Shown here: piece after piece, positions 35,607 through 44,583 of the stretch
How positions within the stretch are numbered: the stretch's first letter is position 1
Layout: every line of letters starts with the position of its first letter
IMG/VR virus record: IMGVR_UViG_3300027733_000042
Coordinates: 1 to 64,000 of that record
Strand: one strand, 5' to 3'
DNA length: 64,000 bases
DNA from: a virus
Made by a program: the position numbers and the translations under genes
The notes under the pieces: model-generated
The model's input: only the letters and a program-made list of their open reading frames with translations
Told to the model about the DNA's origin: nothing
Databases searched by the model: none

Positions 35607-37271
35607 TTAGTATGATGTTTTTGGTCGAGGTACTATTGATTTTATTTGAATATTTACTGAGCCTAGACCTTCTTCTGAAAGTCCAGCAGAGTATGCATTT
35701 CCAAAACGATCTGAGAATCCTCCTCGAATTAATGGAAGTTCAGCGTCGATTGTCACAATATCATTAAATTCATCAAGTCCTGTGTCTACTGCATTTGGAT
35801 TTGCAATTTTTGCAAGTTCATTCTTCTGTGAAACGAGGTTGACTGATACTGAATCGACTCCATTTACCCCTTCGATAATTTTAATTAAATCACTCTTTGG
35901 AACACGATTTCTACGAGTATTTTGAATAAAGAACGTGCCTAATGCATTTAATATATCGCGTTTAATAATATCAGTGTCAATATCGTCAAATACGATAACT
36001 GACGTATTAATAACATAATTACTAGGAATCGGATCAAGTATCTTAATATCAGTTGAAATAAGTTTTGATCCAGATTTTTCAATATATCTAAGAAGTTCGT
36101 TCTTTTGATAGTCAGTTAGGATAAATCGGGCAAGGTCAGCATTAAAGTAATCTTGGCCAGTACTAAAGGTTTTTCTAATATCTGGAATCAAGAATAGATT
36201 AAGTACACGGTTATCGACTGCATCAAGAAATACAGTGATAACTGAGAATAGTTTAAGTTTTCGAAGTAAGACTTCATAATGATCAGCATTAACTAGAGCA
36301 AAGCTTTTTGACATTCTTGGAGCAATAAGTCGAGTTAAGTTAGAATCTTCAGGATTTGACCCAAAAAATGGCGGATGTGTTGTTATAACATCAATATAGT
36401 CATTTAGATTAATTTCATCGCCTAAAATACTAAAACCGGTATCGATGAATTCAAATTGAACTTTACCTGGATCATTTGTTCTAATATTTCCATTTGCTCC
36501 CTCAGTAACAAGATATTCTACTGAGATATCTGAACCGAAACTTGGAATTTTGCCATAATTGCCGTTTCCAAAATAAAGATCGATTCCGCTAGTTATTCCA
36601 GTTTTAACCATGTATGCATTATCGCCCCTAGGCATGTCTAACATAGAATCATATTTGGTCCATTTTTCACCATTTACATAAACATTTACATAGAAATTAT
36701 CTACATAGAAATTTTGTGGGCTACCGATTGAGAAACTATCGATTGCGACACCCTTTGCGGTAACTGTCTGAGTTTCAACGACTCCTTGACGAATTTGTAA
36801 TTTCGTACCATTATCCTTGCCGCTAAATGAAAATTTAACTTCATCTTGTGGAAGATCTAAGATATATGTTAGTCCATTATTTAGACAGCGCAGCCTGGTT
36901 AAATTTGGAACAATTACAAAATCATATTGTGCGTCAACTGCAGCTACGTTCGTAGAAAGCTTTATCTCACCGATTGCTGAGACTGCACGACTTGCATTGT
37001 GGCCAGTAAGACTGGCTAATGAATAAACTGAGGTTAATCGAGTTGCTTCATTTATATTAAGTTCAGTAATTGCATCTTCAATATAGTAGAAAACCAGCTG
37101 AGTTAAATTCTCTACAACTAAGAGTAATTGTCCGAAAGGTGACGCTGCCGTGAAAACTACACGGTTCTGATCAAATTTACTGGTTAAGTAATTTATTGAC
37201 TGACCGAGTATATCCTCGACATAAATGCTAAGTCGTGTAAAGACTTTAAAATTTTCAGTTGCACTAGTCAT
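35607..37271 (-). CDS. Baseplate wedge protein (T4 gp6-like)
   Basis: NINEATRLTSVYSLASLTGHNASRA, VYVNGEKW, LYFGNGNYGKIP..VEYLVTEGANGN, ALVNADHYE. Confidence 0.82.
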   Translation of the reverse strand: MTSATENFKVFTRLSIYVEDILGQSINYLTSKFDQNRVVFTAASPFGQLLLVVENLTQLVFYYIEDAITELNINEATRLTSVYSLASLTGHNASRAVSAIGEIKLSTNVAAVDAQYDFVIVPNLTRLRCLNNGLTYILDLPQDEVKFSFSGKDNGTKLQIRQGVVETQTVTAKGVAIDSFSIGSPQNFYVDNFYVNVYVNGEKWTKYDSMLDMPRGDNAYMVKTGITSGIDLYFGNGNYGKIPSFGSDISVEYLVTEGANGNIRTNDPGKVQFEFIDTGFSILGDEINLNDYIDVITTHPPFFGSNPEDSNLTRLIAPRMSKSFALVNADHYEVLLRKLKLFSVITVFLDAVDNRVLNLFLIPDIRKTFSTGQDYFNADLARFILTDYQKNELLRYIEKSGSKLISTDIKILDPIPSNYVINTSVIVFDDIDTDIIKRDILNALGTFFIQNTRRNRVPKSDLIKIIEGVNGVDSVSVNLVSQKNELAKIANPNAVDTGLDEFNDIVTIDAELPLIRGGFSDRFGNAYSAGLSEEGLGSVNIQIKSIVPRPKTSY

Positions 37272-37291
37272 TTAGTATAATTTCTTTAGAT

Positions 37292-37299
37292 TATTTATA
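37292..37299 (-). promoter_or_regulatory. Late promoter TATAAATA
   Basis: Exact motif about 20 nt upstream of the baseplate gene. Confidence 0.7.
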
Positions 37300-37366
37300 T
37301 CAGCAAAAACTTTTTTAAGCTTTTCTATATAATACTCAGGATAGATAATATAGATCTAGCAAATAT

Positions 37367-37749
37367 GGGGTCGCCCGGTTTTGACAGGTAATTTAGTTCT
37401 TTGAAGTGCAGGCCGTGTTAGTATTGGAAACACGTTAATCACCTATATACATTTTAAATGACGAAAAGTCAACTTTCACTTTCGAAGACGCAATGTCTTT
37501 CGTTGGTGCTGATTACGCAGTATCTGCATAGTCACTAGGTCGCACTTACCTGTTTTAAAAAATGTGCACCATCAAGGCACTACGGATAGACGTGAGGCAT
37601 ACAGTAAGCCGTTATGAGAGTGAGAAGGAAACTCATTATAAACTGTCCAGAAAACCAAAAATTTTGTCTGTTTCGAAAAATAGACTAAGCTTGTGAATGA
37701 ATTTCATCGATCAGTTATTTGGACGAGGGTTCGATTCCCTCCGACTCCA
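37367..37749 (+). ncRNA. ssrA: tmRNA
   Basis: GGGGTCG/CGACTCC-A acceptor with a G3:U70 pair, 5' GGTTTTGAC, 3' GGAC-GAGGG-TTCGATT-CCCTC. Tag frame 37460-37531 reads DEKSTFTFEDAMSFVGADYAVSA*. Confidence 0.93.
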
Positions 37750-37840
37750 CGGGAATACGTCTAAGTGGTGAATTGAGAAAGAAATATAAAACTTTCTCGC
37801 CATTTTGATGTATAAATAATAAAAAAATACAAATATTACT

Positions 37841-38023
37841 ATGAAAAAGATGATCGTGTTATGCATTGCAATGTCTATCTTGGCTTCATGTGGAAGTAAC
37901 AGTGCGCCTGCAACAACAGCGACCGTTGATTCTACTAAAGTTGCGGTTGACTCAAGTGCTTGCTGCCCAGCAGTAGACACTGCAAAAACAGTTGACACAG
38001 CGAAAGTTGTGAAAGTAAAGTAA
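37841..38023 (+). CDS. Small lipoprotein
   Basis: MKKMIVLCIAMSILASC lipobox, Thr/Ala/Asp-rich tail. Late promoter at 37811-37818, terminator at 38046-38073. Confidence 0.8.
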   Translation: MKKMIVLCIAMSILASCGSNSAPATTATVDSTKVAVDSSACCPAVDTAKTVDTAKVVKVK

Positions 38024-38045
38024 TTACTCTTACTTAACGGAAATT

Positions 38046-38073
38046 AAAAGGGATCCAATTGGGTCCCTTTTTT
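38046..38073 (+). terminator. Intrinsic terminator
   Basis: AAAAGGGATCC-AATT-GGGTCCCTTTTTT. Confidence 0.85.
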
Positions 38074-38099
38074 GTATAAATAGAATAAAGGTATCTTTC

Positions 38100-39419
38100 A
38101 TGTTTAAATCAATTTCAAATAAAGAAATTTATGACAATTCAAGTCTATCCTTTGTATTTGAATTCTTTACCCCACTAAATAAAAGAGAGGCAGCTGCAAA
38201 GTTTGCTAGAGCACTAGGTAAACATGTAAAATGGTTTGTCGATATCGAAAAAGGTAGCGAACCCACATATGAATCATTTACCGTAGCTCCAAGATATTCA
38301 AACGGATATAAGGAGATTACTCTATCTACTGGTTTTTTACCATACCAGGAAGCAGTTCACATGTTCTTAAAAACAATGAATGTGATTGAAAGTATTGGGT
38401 ACACAACGGACAGATGTTCAGTAAAGACTAGAATTCGTCTTGATGAGTCAAACTTAAAATTACCAATTAAACTTGACAAATTAAACAAGTTTAAATATCT
38501 GCTTGGAATCAACGAGGAAGAATTATTTAACCTCTGGCCAGTACAACAAAATGAAAATCGTAAGTTATATCAAAATCACTTAAATTTTATTCAGCCTAGA
38601 GATATTTACAATACTGTCGTTACTGAACGCTTTATTGAACGTATGGATCCAACTGAATTCAAATTTCCAGAATCAGATTTCTTTGCAAATGACTTTTCTG
38701 AATTAGGAGAAGGTAATCTTGTAATCAATTATATCGGTGGTAAAGATTATACGAAGAAGAAGAAAGAGGCAGTTTCTGCAATTAATCTAGTAATAGAACA
38801 TTTATTTACGACAATGTCTTCAAATTATTCATACACGGTAGAGGAGAAGAGAAAGATTAATACGATAGTTAACGAATTTAGAACATCAATTGACGGTACT
38901 CGTAATTATTTTAATTTTAAAATGTTGTACCCAAATATTTCAGTTTATATTGATCTAAAGGATGACCCTCGAATCGTTGAAGCAAACTACACGATTCTAC
39001 GCGAAAAGGTATTTAAGTTAATAGTCGGCGGTGGAATAACTGAAGCTACTATAAACTATGATAGCCGCAGAAAAGCAGTTCAAGTAAAAGATGCGGTTCT
39101 AAAGAAAAGTATCTTAATTGAGGGTATCGAGTTTTATCAGTGTCAAATTGAAGCAGATGCACATCTATGTTTATTTGAAGGTTGCACAATTAAACACTCA
39201 AAATTACAAGAGTGTACTATCTTCTCAAATAATATCATCAAAGGTTCTAAAATAATTGATTGTGATTACTTAGGTGGAGAAAATGAGATTAGCATGAGCT
39301 ATCTAGATAACTCAGAAACAAAGATGATTAATGCTGAACTTAAGGAGTGTCTTGTAAATCGAGGTAAATTCACAATAAATTCAACTGTTGACAAATCAAC
39401 AAAAATTATTAAAAAGTAA
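38100..39419 (+). CDS. Amidoligase-like (degenerate) protein with C-terminal beta-helix repeats
   Basis: FVFEFF, EITLSTGFLPY, GYTTDRCSV, INYIGGKDY. C-terminal pentapeptide-like repeats. Late promoter at 38075-38082. Confidence 0.5.
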   Translation: MFKSISNKEIYDNSSLSFVFEFFTPLNKREAAAKFARALGKHVKWFVDIEKGSEPTYESFTVAPRYSNGYKEITLSTGFLPYQEAVHMFLKTMNVIESIGYTTDRCSVKTRIRLDESNLKLPIKLDKLNKFKYLLGINEEELFNLWPVQQNENRKLYQNHLNFIQPRDIYNTVVTERFIERMDPTEFKFPESDFFANDFSELGEGNLVINYIGGKDYTKKKKEAVSAINLVIEHLFTTMSSNYSYTVEEKRKINTIVNEFRTSIDGTRNYFNFKMLYPNISVYIDLKDDPRIVEANYTILREKVFKLIVGGGITEATINYDSRRKAVQVKDAVLKKSILIEGIEFYQCQIEADAHLCLFEGCTIKHSKLQECTIFSNNIIKGSKIIDCDYLGGENEISMSYLDNSETKMINAELKECLVNRGKFTINSTVDKSTKIIKK

Positions 39420-39480
39420 TAGGTGTAGTATATTCTAACTGCCCGATTCTTTAATAAATAATAAAAATAACTTATACAGG

Positions 39481-42400
39481 ATGCCTGTTTATAAAAATTT
39501 AAAGGCTGTGCGCAAATTAACAAACTCAAGTCTGACATCAATTATTGATATCACAAATTTGAACTTTGCGAGCCTTTCTAATGCAAATTTAGAATTTTTA
39601 ACAAATATTAAATATGATGAGGTTTTAAATACTTTTCAAGTATACCGCGGAACATTTGATTTTGTGAATATTACTGATAAGCTTAGCTTGACACTAGATG
39701 GAATCCCAACATTTACAATTGACTCACTAGGCCGTGCTGAAGGGCAGCAGTTATTAGTTAAAGTAGCTGAAACAAAACGTCAGCGTTTTACTGATTTTAA
39801 TGATTGGCCAGAGATTGGTGTTCCAGGTGAAATAATTTACACTGGGATTCAAAACCAACGCCCACAATTTGGAGAAGACTTTATTGGATATCTTCAGAGT
39901 CGTGGATGGGTAAGTTTAACTGAGCCAAATGCTGCAGCATTCTTAACACTATATGAATTAGCAGGAAGTCCACCAGTACCAGCATGTCCAGCAGCAAATA
40001 CTGGAATAATTTGGGTAGGTCCTCCAGGTTATGAAACAGCAACTGTTCCAACTACACAAACTCTATATTATACTGATGAAAACTGTAATATCTACGATCT
40101 TACTGGCGGAGGAGGAGGCGGAGCAACACTAATTTCAATCACATATGCACAATTAGTAACAGCAATTGGTGCTGGAACTCTTATACCAGGTCAGCAATAT
40201 TTACTGACTAATTATCAAACAGTATATGACCAGCCAGATTATGATAATAGTGGAGCGATAAAATATCCAATTGTCACAAAGACCGGAACGGTGGAGCCTC
40301 TAATTCTTACTGCAACATCCACGACAACCATCTCGGCAACTGCACTATCTGCTGTTTGGCCAGGAGATAGAATTCAATATGATTGGAGCTTTTCGTTCAC
40401 TGAACTTGGGTTACAACCTGCACTTGGAAGAATCTCAGAGCGAATTACAGCAGACGATAATAATAGAACAAGTTATGACCATCGTGCCGTATTATTTAAA
40501 AGATATGCAGATACATTAACTGGCTGCTTTACTGAAATTAACGAACCTTATCCTGGTGCAACATATCGAGACGATACACCTACATTTGGAGTAGAATGTG
40601 ATAATATGTTCCTCGGCGGAATCTTTGATGGATTTGGATTTGACGATCCAGCATTTATTGTACCTAATAGTATCTTTGGCGATTACTGCGAAAGTGTTAC
40701 TACTGGAGGCGATTTTTATAATAATACGATTGGGTCATTTGATCCAGTCGGACTTGGAGCATTCTGTTACGGTACAGTATTTGGGCACTGGTGTCATAAT
40801 AATAAAATCGGCGATGGGTTTTACAATAACCGCATTTTTAACGAGTTTTCTAATAACGTAATTGGTAGCGATTTTAACCAAAACGATATTGGAAACGGCT
40901 TTAGCGAAAACCTTATTGGCAATAGCTTTATTCAAAATACGATTCTAAGCAATTTTAAAAAAAATATTATTTCAGATAGCGTATTTTTATCAAACGTTAT
41001 TGATGATGATTTTTTGGGAAACGAAATAACAAAGACGACATTTCAAAACAATAGCATTGAGGATTATTTTCAAAATAATACTATTGGGGATAGCTATTTT
41101 TCAAGTGGCTTTTTCCAAAATAATCAAATCGGTGATTCCTGTTCCAATAACTATATGAGTAATTTTACAGCGAATCAGATTGGATTTAGCTTTTTTGGGA
41201 ATGGATCTAAATTTGCGTATATTGATACATTCGATGGAAACCGAATTGGTGACCATTTTGAGAAAAATTTTGCATATAATTTTTATAATAATAGAATCGG
41301 GGATTACTTTAATAATAATGGATCGCCTGAGTCAAAAACCGGCAGAGTTGCTACGTTTTCTTCAGCTATAACATTTCCAACTGCTGGAGGGTATACTACT
41401 GGAACATATTTAGATATTCCAACACTTGGTGCAGGTATCGGATTTACGGTAGATATTGTCGTAGATGGTGCTGGCACAATTGCAAATTTTAGTGATATTG
41501 TTTTAAATTCTCAAGGAACTGGTTATCAAACTGGTAATATTGTTGTAATTGATGGAGCAGAACTTGGCGGAGTTAGTGGAGTTGACGATATTGAACTTAT
41601 GATTGAATCTATTTCATTTGTAGCAAATTACTGTTACGAATTTCATGATAATATTATCGGAAACTACTTTCAGACTGGCAATCAGGTAAATAATTTAAGC
41701 TCAAATAAAATCGGAGATTATTTTCAGACAAATGGTGATCAAAACACTCCATGTTCAGACATGAAGAATAATGTAATCGGTGACGGCTTTAAATTAAATT
41801 TTGTAAATACGTTTAATAGCAATCACATAGGCAATGACTTTGTAGGCAATACTGGCTGGTCAAAGAATTCAGTATTTAGTAATTTTATATCTAATCAAAT
41901 TGGTGATAATTGTCATCTAAATAAAATGCCTGATGTCTTCGGTAGCAATAAAATCGGTAACGACTTTTTTAGGAATACTTTTCAAGGACAGGAGGCTAGC
42001 AGTAATTTACAATATTTTGGAATTAATCCAGAGACTGAGCAAAATGATGGAAACGTGATTGGTGACTACTTTGCATACAATGCCTTTTCCAGTGTAACTG
42101 GTAAACTTCACTTTACTGGAAACCATATTGGAAACTACTTCGGCGGACGACTCGATGGTAAAAATGGTCCAGGAAATACTATTTCTGGAGGGCAGCCGTT
42201 TGCAGACAATTATATCGGAAATGATTTTTTCTCAAATTATATTTATTTAGATGGAAGTGGCAAAGCTGGATTTATCGGTAATACTATTGGAACTAAATTT
42301 TGGTATAATGCGATACACGGAGACTTTTCATATAATACACTTGGTAGTTTCTTTCAAACAAATGTGAGCAACGGATTCCAATATAACTGGACCCAATATG

Positions 42401-42549
42401 CGGTGATTGGTGTAGATTTTACGGCCAACCCAGCAACTCATGTTTATAACCCATATACATGTAATATATTTGCGAATTCTACTGGAACTCTGAGATTAAG
42501 TTATTTCGATAATTTGGATGTTCAAATAATAACTGATCCTGATCTATAA
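39481..42549 (+). CDS. Tail fibre/spike-like protein with a long NxIGxxF beta-helix
   Basis: Dozens of F..N.IG repeats, Gly linker, N-terminal ITNLNF motif. Late promoter at 39453-39460. Confidence 0.75.
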   Translation: MPVYKNLKAVRKLTNSSLTSIIDITNLNFASLSNANLEFLTNIKYDEVLNTFQVYRGTFDFVNITDKLSLTLDGIPTFTIDSLGRAEGQQLLVKVAETKRQRFTDFNDWPEIGVPGEIIYTGIQNQRPQFGEDFIGYLQSRGWVSLTEPNAAAFLTLYELAGSPPVPACPAANTGIIWVGPPGYETATVPTTQTLYYTDENCNIYDLTGGGGGGATLISITYAQLVTAIGAGTLIPGQQYLLTNYQTVYDQPDYDNSGAIKYPIVTKTGTVEPLILTATSTTTISATALSAVWPGDRIQYDWSFSFTELGLQPALGRISERITADDNNRTSYDHRAVLFKRYADTLTGCFTEINEPYPGATYRDDTPTFGVECDNMFLGGIFDGFGFDDPAFIVPNSIFGDYCESVTTGGDFYNNTIGSFDPVGLGAFCYGTVFGHWCHNNKIGDGFYNNRIFNEFSNNVIGSDFNQNDIGNGFSENLIGNSFIQNTILSNFKKNIISDSVFLSNVIDDDFLGNEITKTTFQNNSIEDYFQNNTIGDSYFSSGFFQNNQIGDSCSNNYMSNFTANQIGFSFFGNGSKFAYIDTFDGNRIGDHFEKNFAYNFYNNRIGDYFNNNGSPESKTGRVATFSSAITFPTAGGYTTGTYLDIPTLGAGIGFTVDIVVDGAGTIANFSDIVLNSQGTGYQTGNIVVIDGAELGGVSGVDDIELMIESISFVANYCYEFHDNIIGNYFQTGNQVNNLSSNKIGDYFQTNGDQNTPCSDMKNNVIGDGFKLNFVNTFNSNHIGNDFVGNTGWSKNSVFSNFISNQIGDNCHLNKMPDVFGSNKIGNDFFRNTFQGQEASSNLQYFGINPETEQNDGNVIGDYFAYNAFSSVTGKLHFTGNHIGNYFGGRLDGKNGPGNTISGGQPFADNYIGNDFFSNYIYLDGSGKAGFIGNTIGTKFWYNAIHGDFSYNTLGSFFQTNVSNGFQYNWTQYAVIGVDFTANPATHVYNPYTCNIFANSTGTLRLSYFDNLDVQIITDPDL

Positions 42550-42565
42550 TCAAATAAAAAATAAC

Positions 42566-43099
42566 ATGGCAGCAGCACAAGAGTCAATTTTGGCAAATCT
42601 TGAAAATAACTTAAATGATACTATTTTAAAAGAGATTAATGCTCGAGTAAAACTTGAGGTTAATGCGTATGAGATACTAAATAGACAAATACTTAAGAAT
42701 ATAAAAAGTAAAGCTATTTTAGAAACTCAAAATCAGAATGATCCAGCAGTTGCCAATCAACTGCATCAATTAACTTCGCAATTAGCAGATGACACAAAAA
42801 CTTTTCTTGATGCTACCCAAACAGTAGAGATTAATGGTCAAGCGGCTGGCAGCCTTGCTAGCAAAATTGTGGAAGAGATATTTGCAGCTCAACCGGTGGC
42901 GGCAATTAAAACACCGGCGCTAATTAAATTAGAAGAGACCGCAATTAAAACAAAGGGTAATATTCAAATTACTGCAGCGTATGTTCAAACCATGCTGGAT
43001 AATCAATTCCGCTTGAACAATATTCGAAATAAAAGAACTACTGACTCCGTAAAGAATTTTGTTGCTGAACTTACTGTTAAAACGAAAGCCGTAATTTAA
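42566..43099 (+). CDS. Hypothetical helical protein
   Basis: 177-aa ORF. Confidence 0.7.
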   Translation: MAAAQESILANLENNLNDTILKEINARVKLEVNAYEILNRQILKNIKSKAILETQNQNDPAVANQLHQLTSQLADDTKTFLDATQTVEINGQAAGSLASKIVEEIFAAQPVAAIKTPALIKLEETAIKTKGNIQITAAYVQTMLDNQFRLNNIRNKRTTDSVKNFVAELTVKTKAVI

Positions 43100-43644
43100 T
43101 CGAAATCTAATTCGATATCAAAATCAAAGTATTTAAACTTTGCAGTAAATGTTCTGAAATCAGGAGTACCTGAACTATATGACAGCTTAAATCCGTCTTG
43201 GCCTGTTAAGATTGGGCGTTGAAAAATAATTGACGCTACAAGATAACCCTGATTATCAAGTAAAGAGAGTCGCATCGGCGGAAAGGTCGGAGTCTTATTA
43301 CTAAAATCCAAATAGTCTTTACTGTTTTCAAGAAAGATAAAGTAATTTAAGTACGCATCAGTCAACTTAAAAGTGATTGAAAATGTTCGAGTAAACAAAT
43401 CAGGTATCTGAACAGCATTCTTAAAATCCTGTTTCTTACCAAATAGTCGAGTCTGAACAACTGGATCCATTTCCCATCCTGGAAAATCTACACTTTGGAT
43501 AGTGGATGACATAAAGTCATTAATACTATCATATGGTAGTATTAAACTCTGATAATACTTTTTATATTTCTCCTTTACTCGATCATTAAAATAATCTGGC
43601 GGAAAGGAGAAGATAAATCCATTTTGTCTTGCGTTCAATAACAT
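43096..43644 (-). CDS. Tail tube-fold / tail completion protein
   Basis: TIQSVDFPG..FSITFKLTDAYLNY..LSYSS..FTAKFKY, the T4 gp3/gp19-like pattern. Confidence 0.6.
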   Translation of the reverse strand: MLLNARQNGFIFSFPPDYFNDRVKEKYKKYYQSLILPYDSINDFMSSTIQSVDFPGWEMDPVVQTRLFGKKQDFKNAVQIPDLFTRTFSITFKLTDAYLNYFIFLENSKDYLDFSNKTPTFPPMRLSLLDNQGYLVASIIFQRPILTGQDGFKLSYSSGTPDFRTFTAKFKYFDFDIELDFD

Positions 43645-43677
43645 TATTTGCCTACGTTTTTTACATTTGCCCAGCTC

Positions 43678-43782
43678 TTACTTGGCAATCGATAATTCAT
43701 GAGTAGCATGATATTTCAATTCATTTGAAATTTCTAAACTCTCTCCTATAAATTGGATAAAACTTTTTAATCTTGTTTCCAT
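43678..43782 (-). pseudogene. 34-aa ORF METRLKSFIQFIGESLEISNELKYHATHELSIAK, probable remnant of an internally deleted gene
   Basis: Carries the head-targeting-like N-terminus, then stops. A second frame (LPSKSWANVKNVGK*) ends in TAATG overlapping the next start codon. Confidence 0.45.
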
Positions 43783-43792
43783 ATTATATTAT

Positions 43793-44578
43793 TTATTCAG
43801 ACGGTGGAAAATCAGGATCAATAAACACGCTATCTAGTGGCGAATTTGATCCGCTTTGAGATTCGCGTAAATTGATCTGCTTAATAGTATTTCCTTTGTA
43901 GAATGTCGAATGGTCGTCAAAACTAGGGAAATATGTTTCGACATCTAAGTTTAATGTGATTGAGACAGTATTCGTATCAGTATATGAAAATGCATAATTC
44001 TTTTGAAAGTCAGCATTATCTGGAAAGACAATTTGTGCTGGAACTCGAAGACCTCTAAATTGAAAATATCTCACTTGATTCTTATAATAGAAATCAAAGA
44101 TTTTTTCGATTATCTTAAATGTCTTATTAATATTGTCGCTTTCAATTTTTACTGCATATTTTAGTGCAATTGGCATTGTAAATAATCTAGATGAAAAAGC
44201 TTTCATCTGTTTCTCGTCATTCGCATCACGAGTCTCCTGAGTAAACGTTCCACGAACATACTTATTTGTAATATCTGTTGATTTGATTGCAAAAGAGCTT
44301 AGCGTTACAATTCCGCGAGGCATCTGTTCATAATTTCCTTCTACATGTTTTGGGTATTTACAATCGGTTGGTAATTCTACAAAGAAATCTTTCATGAATC
44401 CTTCGTCTCCACCGAAATTATAAAAGAATGGAATTTCATGCTTAGTAACTACATCATCTCTCTTAAGATCAATAATAACATTTCGATTTAATAAGTCAAG
44501 CAGAGTAAGCGTTGCGTTTCTCATGAAAACGTCTTGTGTATTCTCATTTCTTATATTTTCATGTGTTGAACTCTTCAT
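43793..44578 (-). CDS. Tail sheath stabiliser/terminator (T4 gp15-like)
   Basis: FMRNATLTLLDLLN..IPFFY..MPRGIVTLSSF..MPIALKYAV..IEKIFDFY. Confidence 0.65.
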   Translation of the reverse strand: MKSSTHENIRNENTQDVFMRNATLTLLDLLNRNVIIDLKRDDVVTKHEIPFFYNFGGDEGFMKDFFVELPTDCKYPKHVEGNYEQMPRGIVTLSSFAIKSTDITNKYVRGTFTQETRDANDEKQMKAFSSRLFTMPIALKYAVKIESDNINKTFKIIEKIFDFYYKNQVRYFQFRGLRVPAQIVFPDNADFQKNYAFSYTDTNTVSITLNLDVETYFPSFDDHSTFYKGNTIKQINLRESQSGSNSPLDSVFIDPDFPPSE

Positions 44579-44583
44579 TTAGA

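Noticed and set aside
37711-37998. 95-aa minus-strand ORF
   Set aside because: Antisense to the lipoprotein gene and the tmRNA 3' end.
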